The notes under the pieces are model-generated. The model saw nothing but the letters and a program-made list of their open reading frames with translations. It had not been told where the DNA came from and did no database searches. 64,000 nt of DNA from Candidatus Omnitrophota bacterium (lineage in GTDB: Bacteria > Omnitrophota > Gorgyraeia > Zapsychrales > Fredricksoniimonadaceae), in contig CAIUQE010000034.1 in NCBI GenBank assembly GCA_903901225.1, positions 17,391-81,390 of the forward strand. The letters run 5' to 3'. The translations under genes were made by a program, and so were the position numbers. Shown here one piece after another: positions 8,630 through 17,500 of this stretch; within the stretch, counting starts at the first letter, position 1, and every line of letters starts with the position of its first letter.

Positions 8630-9596
8630 GGTCGAATGCACCCTTTGCCCCCGGCGCTGTAAGATCCCCGAAGGCGGGCGTGGCGACTGCCGCGTGCGCA
8701 CCAACGTGGGCGGGAAACTTTTTTCACTCGTTTACGGCAACCCCTGCTCGGTGCATATCGACCCGATCGAGAAAAAACCGTTCTTCCACATTGTCCCGGG
8801 CTCGACCGCTTTCTCCATCGCGACCGCGGGCTGTAACCTGCACTGCCGTTACTGCCAGAACTGGCAGATATCCCAGATACCGCCGGAAGAAGCGCACAGC
8901 GAACAACTCCTCCCCGAAGAAGTTGTCCGCCAGGCGCTGGCCAACAACTGCCGGAGCATCGCCTACACCTATTCCGACCCGATCGTGTACTACGAGTACA
9001 CCTGCGACACTGCCGTCCTCGCGAAGGAAAAAGGCCTCCTGAACATCCTTGTGACCGGCGGCTACATCGAACAGGAACCTTTGCTTGAACTGTGCAAGTC
9101 CGCGCACGCGATCAAGGTCGACCTCAAAGGGATCACGGAAGAATTTTACAAGAAAATGTCGCGGGCCACGCTGAAACCTGTCCTCGACGCCATTGTCACG
9201 ATCAAAAAATCCGGCGTGTGGCTGGAGCTGTGCAACCTCATCGTCCCGACGTGGAATGACAGCGACACCGACCTGCGCCAGCTGATCCGCTGGGTCAAAG
9301 ACAACTGCGGCGAGGACACGCCGCTGCATTTTTCAAAGTTCTGGCCCATGTACCAGTTGCTGGACCTGCCGCCCACCCCTGACGCGACCATCACGCGCGC
9401 GTGGGAAATGGCCAAAGCCGAAGGCATGCGCTTCGCCTACGTGGGCAATATCCCCCAGCACCCCGGCAACAACACCTACTGCCCTCATGACGGGAAACTC
9501 CTGGTGGCGCGCCTCGGCTACGAGGTGCTGGAGAATCATATTAAAGACGGGAAATGTGAATACTGCGCGAAGGCTATACCGGGGATATGGAAATGA
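8622..9596 (+). CDS. AmmeMemoRadiSam-system radical SAM enzyme
   Basis: N-terminal CTLCPRRCKIPEGGRGDCRVR cysteine cluster plus the radical-SAM CNLHCRYC (Cx3Cx2C) motif, in a 324-aa protein. Confidence 0.7.
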   Translation: MNKVECTLCPRRCKIPEGGRGDCRVRTNVGGKLFSLVYGNPCSVHIDPIEKKPFFHIVPGSTAFSIATAGCNLHCRYCQNWQISQIPPEEAHSEQLLPEEVVRQALANNCRSIAYTYSDPIVYYEYTCDTAVLAKEKGLLNILVTGGYIEQEPLLELCKSAHAIKVDLKGITEEFYKKMSRATLKPVLDAIVTIKKSGVWLELCNLIVPTWNDSDTDLRQLIRWVKDNCGEDTPLHFSKFWPMYQLLDLPPTPDATITRAWEMAKAEGMRFAYVGNIPQHPGNNTYCPHDGKLLVARLGYEVLENHIKDGKCEYCAKAIPGIWK

Positions 9597-9692
9597 AACG
9601 TCGAAACTTTCTGAAGATATGCCTGGGTGGCCTGACGGGAATATTCCTCAGCGGCTGGCTCAAGCCTTTCAACGTCGTGAAAGCCCCAGGCC

Positions 9693-11693
9693 TCAAGGAA
9701 GCGCGCTTTTACAGGCCCGCAGATACATTAGCAGGCTGATCGCCCCCACCAGGGCCATGGTCGCCGCCGCGCCCCACAACGGCACCAGAAAAAGCCCGGC
9801 GCACAACGCGCCGCAGCCGCCGCCAATAACATCCGCCGCGTAAACTTTGCCCGCCTGCCCCTGGCCCGCCATCGCCGTATACAAACCGAACTGCAGGCCC
9901 GCCGATATCCCGGCAAGGACCGGAAAGACCCAGAAGAGCACCGGCCAGCCCAGGCCCGCGATGAACAACCCCGCGAGCAAGGCCTGCGACCCCGGCCCCG
10001 CGTGAACGGCCCATCTTGACGCTATCCGGGAGAAAATCCTTGTGCCGAGGAACGCTCCCAGCATGAACCCCGCGGTCAAAAGCCCCACCGCCGCGTAGGC
10101 ATACCCGAAGAACGCCTGGACGGCAAAGATCACAGCGACCTGAAAAACCATTTGTGTAAAACCCATGAGGCCAGCCCCAACGAACGGTACCGCCGCCGGA
10201 TAGGCCAGGGAGGCCGCGATCAAGGCGCACGGCAGGACCAGCCACAGGAATTTCGGCGCCTGTTCCACGGCTTCAACAAGCTTTGAAAAAGCACCGCCAT
10301 AGTTGCTCGTCATGAACAGGAAAGAACGTTCGACCGTCACAGGCCGTTCATCCGTACCCACTTCGCTCGCCCCGGCGAGCCAGCGCAGGGCCGCGTCCAC
10401 GCGCGCGGGGCTCATGCGCTCCTTCAGATAATACCCCCGCATGAACTGCGTCGTGATCTTGCGTTCCCGCAAACGCCCGACAAGAAGATCCGCCGTCACG
10501 GGCGGGATATCGTCCCCGGCGATGAATGTCATCTTTTCACCCGGGATCACCCGCACATCCCGGAAGACCGCCGACAAGGTGGCCATAACCGAACGGGCGT
10601 ACGCCATGCCCTGGCGGTTGAGAGAATCCTCGGAAGAACTGATCGTCACGGACACCAGGCCGCCGCGGCTCAAATGACGCCGGGCCAGAGCAAAAAACTC
10701 CCGCGTGAAGAACCGGCCCGTCAACAGGTCGGCGGGGTCGGAACCATTCACCGCGATGACATCATAAAGGTCGCGCGCGTGATCAAGAAAGGCGCGCGGA
10801 TCGCCGGTGAGAACCCTCAGGCGCGGGTCACGAATATCAGCGATATGATCCCGCTCCAGGGCGACAGCCTCGGGGTCAATCTCGGCATAATCAAGTTGTT
10901 CCACAGGATGCTTTAGCACTTGTGCCCCGGCCTGCGACACGCCACCGCCGACGAGAAACACCCGGCGCGGGGCGGGATGGACAAGAACCCCGGCATGGAC
11001 CTCTTCGGCCGCAAGCGCATCGGGCGCGGTGAAAAGGTGTTTCCCGTTCTCAAAGAGGCTCTTCTGCGCGCCGCGCTCAACGACAACAAGATGGCCGTAA
11101 TGCGACTGGCGCGCCGTCACAACATGGTACCCCGGCCAGGCGGCCTGTTCGGCCCATTGCGCCACACCGGGTGGTAACGGAGAAAAAATGACAAAGGTCA
11201 TCAAGAGCCCGCCCGCCACAAATCCTAAAGCTTCACCACCATAAACCCTGACTGCCGCCGCGTCGCTCCCCCCCGCTCTGGCCAATATCGCGAAAGCGCC
11301 ACCCAACACCATCGTCAGCGGCAACAAAAGCCCGGCCGCGGCCACCGCCACGATCCCCGGCTGCGCAATACTGCCCAACGGGATACCCAGCGCCGGCTTG
11401 AGCAAACCCGCTCCGAGAACAGTCAATGGAAGCAAAAATACCGATGAGATCAAGAGGAGGAACGCGACACGAAGGTCAGAGGAGCGAACAATAAAACTTC
11501 CCGCGGCAATGCCCGCCAGCCAGGTCCCGAGGACAACGGCAACAACAAATTCGTTGCCGCTGAAGGCCGACATCAGCGCGCGGATCAGGATGACCTGGGC
11601 GAGCGCGGATATGAACCCCAGCACTCCCGCGGCTCCGGCGCCCCACAGGGCACCGGAAGACGGCCTGGATCCGGTCATGCCATTTCTTTTCAT
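9693..11693 (-). CDS. fused MFS / spermidine synthase-family protein (polyamine aminopropyltransferase-like)
   Basis: Multi-TM N- and C-terminal regions flank a spermidine-synthase-like core (VFLVGGGVSQAGAQVLKHP...DVIAVNGSDP). Confidence 0.7.
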   Translation of the reverse strand: MKRNGMTGSRPSSGALWGAGAAGVLGFISALAQVILIRALMSAFSGNEFVVAVVLGTWLAGIAAGSFIVRSSDLRVAFLLLISSVFLLPLTVLGAGLLKPALGIPLGSIAQPGIVAVAAAGLLLPLTMVLGGAFAILARAGGSDAAAVRVYGGEALGFVAGGLLMTFVIFSPLPPGVAQWAEQAAWPGYHVVTARQSHYGHLVVVERGAQKSLFENGKHLFTAPDALAAEEVHAGVLVHPAPRRVFLVGGGVSQAGAQVLKHPVEQLDYAEIDPEAVALERDHIADIRDPRLRVLTGDPRAFLDHARDLYDVIAVNGSDPADLLTGRFFTREFFALARRHLSRGGLVSVTISSSEDSLNRQGMAYARSVMATLSAVFRDVRVIPGEKMTFIAGDDIPPVTADLLVGRLRERKITTQFMRGYYLKERMSPARVDAALRWLAGASEVGTDERPVTVERSFLFMTSNYGGAFSKLVEAVEQAPKFLWLVLPCALIAASLAYPAAVPFVGAGLMGFTQMVFQVAVIFAVQAFFGYAYAAVGLLTAGFMLGAFLGTRIFSRIASRWAVHAGPGSQALLAGLFIAGLGWPVLFWVFPVLAGISAGLQFGLYTAMAGQGQAGKVYAADVIGGGCGALCAGLFLVPLWGAAATMALVGAISLLMYLRACKSALP

Positions 11694-12166
11694 TTCAATC
11701 TTAAAAAAGAACTGCTAAAACGGAAAAAGACATAAACAGCATAAGGCCCGGCGATAATGCCCGCGATGAGCGGCCATGAGAACTCCCGCGTAAAAAATCC
11801 CGCGACGAACATCGGGCCGGAAATGATCACGCCCCACAAAGGGCCGAAGACGACGAAATAAAACCACTCGCGCGCCAGCACTCGCTCATGTTCGCTGCGG
11901 AAGAATAAACTTGAGACCAGATAAGCGGCCCGCAAGGACGTGACGACAATATAGACGACCCGGGTCACAAGGTAGCAGCCGTAAAGCCCGAACATGATGA
12001 CAAAATTCCGGGGCCATAGCTGTTTGTCGTCAAAAGAGCCTGCCAGGAACAATGGAAGGTACATCGCGGCCGCCCAGAAAAGCCCGAACAGCCAGAACAT
12101 GACCCATTCCGTGGCAGCCAATTTCCTGAACCAGGCAATAATATCGCTATGTATCCGGCTGTTCAT
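11690..12166 (-). CDS. hypothetical membrane protein
   Basis: 158 aa with 4 predicted TM helices. It overlaps the downstream gene by 4 nt. Confidence 0.5.
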   Translation of the reverse strand: MNSRIHSDIIAWFRKLAATEWVMFWLFGLFWAAAMYLPLFLAGSFDDKQLWPRNFVIMFGLYGCYLVTRVVYIVVTSLRAAYLVSSLFFRSEHERVLAREWFYFVVFGPLWGVIISGPMFVAGFFTREFSWPLIAGIIAGPYAVYVFFRFSSSFLRLK

Positions 12167-12228
12167 ATCAATTTCATTCTATCGCCACGCGAAAAAAATA
12201 TCAAGCCTTGGCACAACCCCACGCCGGA

Positions 12229-13092
12229 TCAATGCGCGAAGGATATGACAAAGATCCCGGCGACCATGAGCCCAACCGCGAACAAACGTTCCCGGCCGCC
12301 GCCTTCTTTCAGGAACCACATCCCCCACAGCGCCGTCATCATGACGCTCGTGCGCTTGATGGCGATCACATACGGCACGATGGTCAGTTTCAGCGCGTTC
12401 ATCTGGAACATCATGACCAGCGCCATGCAAAACCCTATGGCCACAAGCCACGGCCACGCGCCGCGGACCCTCTCTTGCGCGTCCTTGACCTTGACGATCA
12501 TGATGATCCCCAAAAGAACGGCCACCACGGCATTGAGCGCCAGGCTCCACGTCAAAGGCGAAGAATTACGCACCCCGATCTTGTCAATGTTGCCGCCGAT
12601 GCTGTAAAGGACCGCCACGATGAGCATGTAACGGCTCCCGCGCGCCTTGATGAGCCGGCGAAAAGGCGCCAGGACATCTTCCTGCTCTGGATGATAAAAA
12701 AGGATATAACACCCCAGCACAATGAGGATCATGCCCACTATCCCCATGGGTTTCGGGAATTCTCCGACGATGAGCGGGGACGTCACCAGCAGGAGCAACG
12801 GCGTGAAACTCAGCATCGGGATGGTCAGCGAAAGGTCGGAAAGTTCAATGGACTTGAAGAAAAATACCGAAGAAACGGTCAAGACAAGCGAAGTGGCCAA
12901 CAGCGCGGGCCAGAACGCAACGCTCGGGACAACGGGATGTTCCCATATGCAGAGCACGGCAAGGAACGGCAAAGAGAAGAAACTCACCGCCCAGGCCGTG
13001 ATATAAGGGCTTACACGCTTTGAAACACGCTTGGAAAGGATATCCTGCGCGGATGTGCAGACGGCGGTGAGGAATGACAGTACGAGCCACAT
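12229..13092 (-). CDS. EamA/DMT-family transporter
   Basis: About 10 TM helices in a duplicated EamA-like arrangement over 287 aa. Confidence 0.65.
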   Translation of the reverse strand: MWLVLSFLTAVCTSAQDILSKRVSKRVSPYITAWAVSFFSLPFLAVLCIWEHPVVPSVAFWPALLATSLVLTVSSVFFFKSIELSDLSLTIPMLSFTPLLLLVTSPLIVGEFPKPMGIVGMILIVLGCYILFYHPEQEDVLAPFRRLIKARGSRYMLIVAVLYSIGGNIDKIGVRNSSPLTWSLALNAVVAVLLGIIMIVKVKDAQERVRGAWPWLVAIGFCMALVMMFQMNALKLTIVPYVIAIKRTSVMMTALWGMWFLKEGGGRERLFAVGLMVAGIFVISFAH

Positions 13093-13139
13093 GATAGGCA
13101 GTATTTTACCCGGATTGCGATGGCCGGCATAGACAATAT

Positions 13140-13898
13140 CTATTTTTCCGGGTTGAATTTTCCCGTCAGCATCTGGTTCTTTTTCCCGTGCGCCGGGATC
13201 TTGCGGACCTCAAAACCCCGCGCCTCCAGGCCGCGGCGCACGAATCCTGCCACGGTGAATGTGGACAAGGTTGTGCCGGGCTTACTCAAGGCGGCCATGG
13301 CCTCAAACACCTGCTCTGACCACATCGCGGGATTCTTCGACGGGGCAAACCCGTCCAGGAACCACGCGTCAGCACGCTGAGGGGCAATGTTGTCCGCCGT
13401 GATCCGCGCAAGCGCGGCCACCACATCATCAAAGACGATGGTCAAACGGACCTGACGATCCTTGAAATACCAGTCCCGCACGCGCCCCGGCGATGGCTCA
13501 TAGCAACCGGCCAGTTCATGGCCAATATCCCCCAACGCCGGCCAAAGGCCCAGGGCCCGCGCCATATCATCCTTGCCAAGCGGATATAATTCGAGCGAGA
13601 CAAAATGCAACTTCCAGGAAGGCGGCGCGCTTTGCTCCCAGACCTGACGGGCGCAACAAAAATCCAGTCCCGTCCCAAAACCGGTCTCAATGATGGTGAA
13701 CGTCCCCGGACATGAAGGATCTAAAGCTGAAAAACGCTCCTGGAGGGAATTACCGCGGCAGCAGACGTGCACCGCTTCGTCGTAACCGTTATCCTGGCAA
13801 AAATACTGGTCATTGAATTCCACGGAATACGGCACGCCGTTATCTCCCCAGCGCAGGGCTCCCGACAGCGAGCCAACGGGCGAGTCCATCATGCCCAT
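13140..13898 (-). CDS. MnmC-like tRNA U34 (mnm5s2U) methyltransferase domain protein (MnmD-type)
   Basis: FTIIETGFGTGLDF and DAWFLDGFAPSKNPAMWS motifs, typical of the MnmC methyltransferase half. Confidence 0.7.
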   Translation of the reverse strand: MGMMDSPVGSLSGALRWGDNGVPYSVEFNDQYFCQDNGYDEAVHVCCRGNSLQERFSALDPSCPGTFTIIETGFGTGLDFCCARQVWEQSAPPSWKLHFVSLELYPLGKDDMARALGLWPALGDIGHELAGCYEPSPGRVRDWYFKDRQVRLTIVFDDVVAALARITADNIAPQRADAWFLDGFAPSKNPAMWSEQVFEAMAALSKPGTTLSTFTVAGFVRRGLEARGFEVRKIPAHGKKNQMLTGKFNPEK

Positions 13899-14599
13899 CG
13901 TCCGACCAGGGAATAAAAATGTTCAGGGACCGGCGCATTGAACGTCATGCGTTCCTTTGTTTTGGGATGCGGGAAAGAGATCGCGTAGGAGTGCAGTGCA
14001 AGAAAAGGATACTTGGCGCCAGGCCTTCCATACTTCGTATCACCGACGAGCGGATGCCCGTGATGCGCCATGTGGACACGGATCTGGTTCTTGCGCCCGG
14101 TCAGAAGGTCAATTTCAAGCAGGCTGTATCTGTCCGTCGCCTTGATAACTTTATACGCCGTGCGAGCGAGCTTGCCGTCTTCCGCTTCTTCCAGGGAATG
14201 CACGCGGTACTTGTCATCCTCGACCAGATAGCTTTCGATCAACCCCTCGGGCTTGGCCAGGCGCCCGTGCACGACGGCATAATATGTTTTTTTGGTATCA
14301 GGCCAGTTGTTCTTGAGGGTCTGCTGGATCGTTTCACTCTTCGCAAAAATGAGCACACCTGACGTTTCCCGGTCCAGCCGGTGCACGACGTAAACACAAC
14401 GGTGCGAACGGGAATTGCCCTTGCGCACGTAAAGATTAAGAAGCTGGTGAACGGTCCGCTCACGCTCATACATCGCGGCGACGGTGAGAAGGCCAGCCGC
14501 CTTGTTGCCAACGATGATGTCATCGTCATCATAAAGAATGTGAAAACCTTTGGGCTGATGCTTTCCCGAGACAGGTTTATTGGTATGCCGCGCCATCAT
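13889..14599 (-). CDS. RluA-family pseudouridine synthase
   Basis: HRLDRETSGVLIFAKS catalytic motif. Its start overlaps the stop of giant gene 1. Confidence 0.8.
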   Translation of the reverse strand: MMARHTNKPVSGKHQPKGFHILYDDDDIIVGNKAAGLLTVAAMYERERTVHQLLNLYVRKGNSRSHRCVYVVHRLDRETSGVLIFAKSETIQQTLKNNWPDTKKTYYAVVHGRLAKPEGLIESYLVEDDKYRVHSLEEAEDGKLARTAYKVIKATDRYSLLEIDLLTGRKNQIRVHMAHHGHPLVGDTKYGRPGAKYPFLALHSYAISFPHPKTKERMTFNAPVPEHFYSLVGRWA

Positions 14600-17500
14600 T
14601 TTCCTTCCATTACCGCCGCTCCGGCGCCGTTGAACAAAGGCAGCCCCGCCGCCGGACGTATGTTCAAAATAACCGGCACCAGGCCGTCGATGTGGATATT
14701 GTCCAGGTCCTGCTGGGCTACCGGCAAAGGCACCCCGGCGCCGTCGCGCTTGATCTGCATGTCGAGATTGGAGGCGGCGAAATCGATACCGCCTGGCTGA
14801 ACAACTTTCTCTGCCATGTCAGAAGACTCTGAATTTGATCCAGTTACTTTGCGTTTCGATGTTGTCGCGGCCTGATCAGGAAACCGGCTTATATCCTCTA
14901 TCGGTCGTTCCGATTTAATTAAAAGCCAGTCGTCTCCCCTGAATGATATCCCATCAATCCCATAAATGTAAGCCACAACATCAATCAAATAAGGTGCCAA
15001 ATGCCATAAATTATGATCAAATTCATCGTTATCAAAAACTTTAAACATCTCATTGCGAATTAAAGATACGGAACTATCAGACACGACATCCCCATCAAAT
15101 GAAATCTTGACCCAGGAATCTGATTCCTGTAAAAATTTTAACAATGCCCTGTTCCCATTATTAACAAAAGTCCAAATGGATCTTCCATTAAAATAAGATT
15201 CCGCCTTACCCCACGAAAATCCATCACGACAAATATGCTCGACATCTTCGGGCGATTGAGTAACTCGCTTATGATTAACCTCATGGAACAATTCAAGAAT
15301 TTTTCTTTCTCTACCAGAATAATACGATCCCATCTCCAGGACAAACTTTGCCAGCTTCCTGCTTTGAATTAACGCCTGCCGTAGCGTTCTTTGAGAACCT
15401 TCTTTTAACGGATCATCCAGTGTAGGAAAAACATACGGCATTTCAGCGATAGCTCGACCCAACAATCCCGGCATCAGCTCCATACCAACAGAATTGAACA
15501 ATGTAAAATTGTTATTCTGCGTATCATTCCGCAACCAAACCTCTTCTCCTCCCGGGGCAACAAAGCGCAGATTGAGCTCAATCTGAGCGAAGGCTGATGG
15601 AGGGGTAAATCTTGCTTCCAGAATATAATTACCATCCCCGTCACGCTCATCCGTGGCCGTCAATGCCAACGGCAGATCGCTCTCGGGTGCAGACCAGTCA
15701 TGATAACTGATGCCAACCTCGTCAATATCAAAATGGCTAAAACGGACAAAACCTTTTATGGCCCTAAGATACCTGTCGAGTCGCTCGCGGGACATCTGTT
15801 TGTCATTCAGCGCCATGGCGAACCTGAGGGCAACCTGCCCCTGTTTGTCGACAACGACCTCGGATCCACTCGGCTGCTGGATATGCCCGGCCCAGACTAA
15901 CTTCACCCCAGATAGATCACCCGCCGCATCTGTTACGGCCTGGCTTTGATCCGGAACATTCTTTTTCAATTCAGCCACACGATATTCAAGATATTCCGGC
16001 AACGTCATGGAAACCGCGGGAAAATCAATGTGCTCATATTTTTTGCGCAATGTTAATCCCATTTTCATTTGAGCCACCAGCGACATCGCGTCCCCCATCG
16101 ACGCCGCGCCCCGCCCGAAAGGGTTCGCCTGAAAGAACCACCATTCATATTCGGCAAGCGCCGACAACCGATTATCCATCCTCAACGCATCATCCATGAT
16201 CCGATCCCATAATTGAGTCAAGTGTTCCATAATAGCAGGGATATCCGTATCGTTAGCGTTATAAAGCAGGATCGCGTCTCCCTGGTCATCCATCTTCTGC
16301 ACATACATTACGCCCGTCGACCCGATCTCCTGCTCATGAGAATAACGCCTGAAATCAGATTCAGTGTACGATTTCACAAACCCGGGATGGCTTAACCGCT
16401 GGTGCAGCATTTTATACAGATCGCCATACCTGTTAGAACCCCGGATGCGCGTGGCCGGAATAAGATCATCTGGCAACCCCAGGAACCTTGTTTGAGAATC
16501 GATACGAAGATCCTCGGCCACCCTGCCTTCACTCGGACGCACGCCCGTTTCAGCCGCCGTCAACCGCGCCTGAAAAACTGAATGCAATATCCTTATATGC
16601 CTTTGTTCGGGCCTTTTGAACAAAGAAACGACCATGGCGGCCATGATCTTGCCGAAACGGTAATTAGTATCAAATCCGGAATTTTTAGGGGCACTCATGA
16701 TCTTGCGGACCTTCCTCTCCAGAAGATCATAATATTGGAACTCAGGAACAGCTACAGCCCCAAGCCCTTCGAAACCACGCCATGTTCTTATGCCAACATC
16801 CTGCGCCAGGTCCTTCGTCGCCGCAGCCTGGCCGGACCAGTTCATCCCGTTTGCCGGCTCTAGATCCGGAACATTCTTTTTCAGTTCAGCTACGCGATAT
16901 TCAAGATATTCCGGCAACGTCATGGATAACGCGCGGAAATCAAGGTTCTCGTAACCAACACGTATCGATAACCCCATCTTCAGCTGGGCCACCATCGACA
17001 TCGCGTCTCCCAAAGCCGCCCCGCCCCTCCCGAAAGGATTCGCCTGGAAGAACCACCATTCATATTCAGGGAGCACTGACAAACGACGGTCCATACCCAG
17101 CGTGGCATCCATCATCGTATCCCATAGTTCAGTCAAATGCCGCATAATGACAGGAACATCCGGATCTCTGGCGCTATAGATCCGGATCGACGTGCCAAAA
17201 GAATCAATGATCTGTTGATACATCCCGCCCGTTGATCCAATTTTCTGGTCACGGAAATATCGTACGCCATTGGTAATATAATGATTTTCTGAAAATCCTT
17301 TTTCCAGCAGTCGTTGATGTACCATTTGATACAATTTTTGATACCTTCCGGAATTCCGAACAGAGATGTATGGCGTACCGTCGATCCATTCTAAAGTCAA
17401 ACCTGAAAGTCTTGCCTCTGAAACATTACGAAAAACTCCCACAACTGTATAGTCATCAATACTCAGCTGTTCAGAAGCCACTGACAGGCGTGCCTTAACC

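Noticed and set aside
9594-9740. 48-aa ORF with a twin-arginine-like signal (MKRRNFLKICLGGL...) whose ATG overlaps the radical SAM stop
   Set aside because: It has no mature domain after the signal, and it overlaps the 3' end of the convergent MFS/spermidine-synthase gene by 48 nt. It could be a remnant or chance ORF. It is mentioned only as context in the trio finding.
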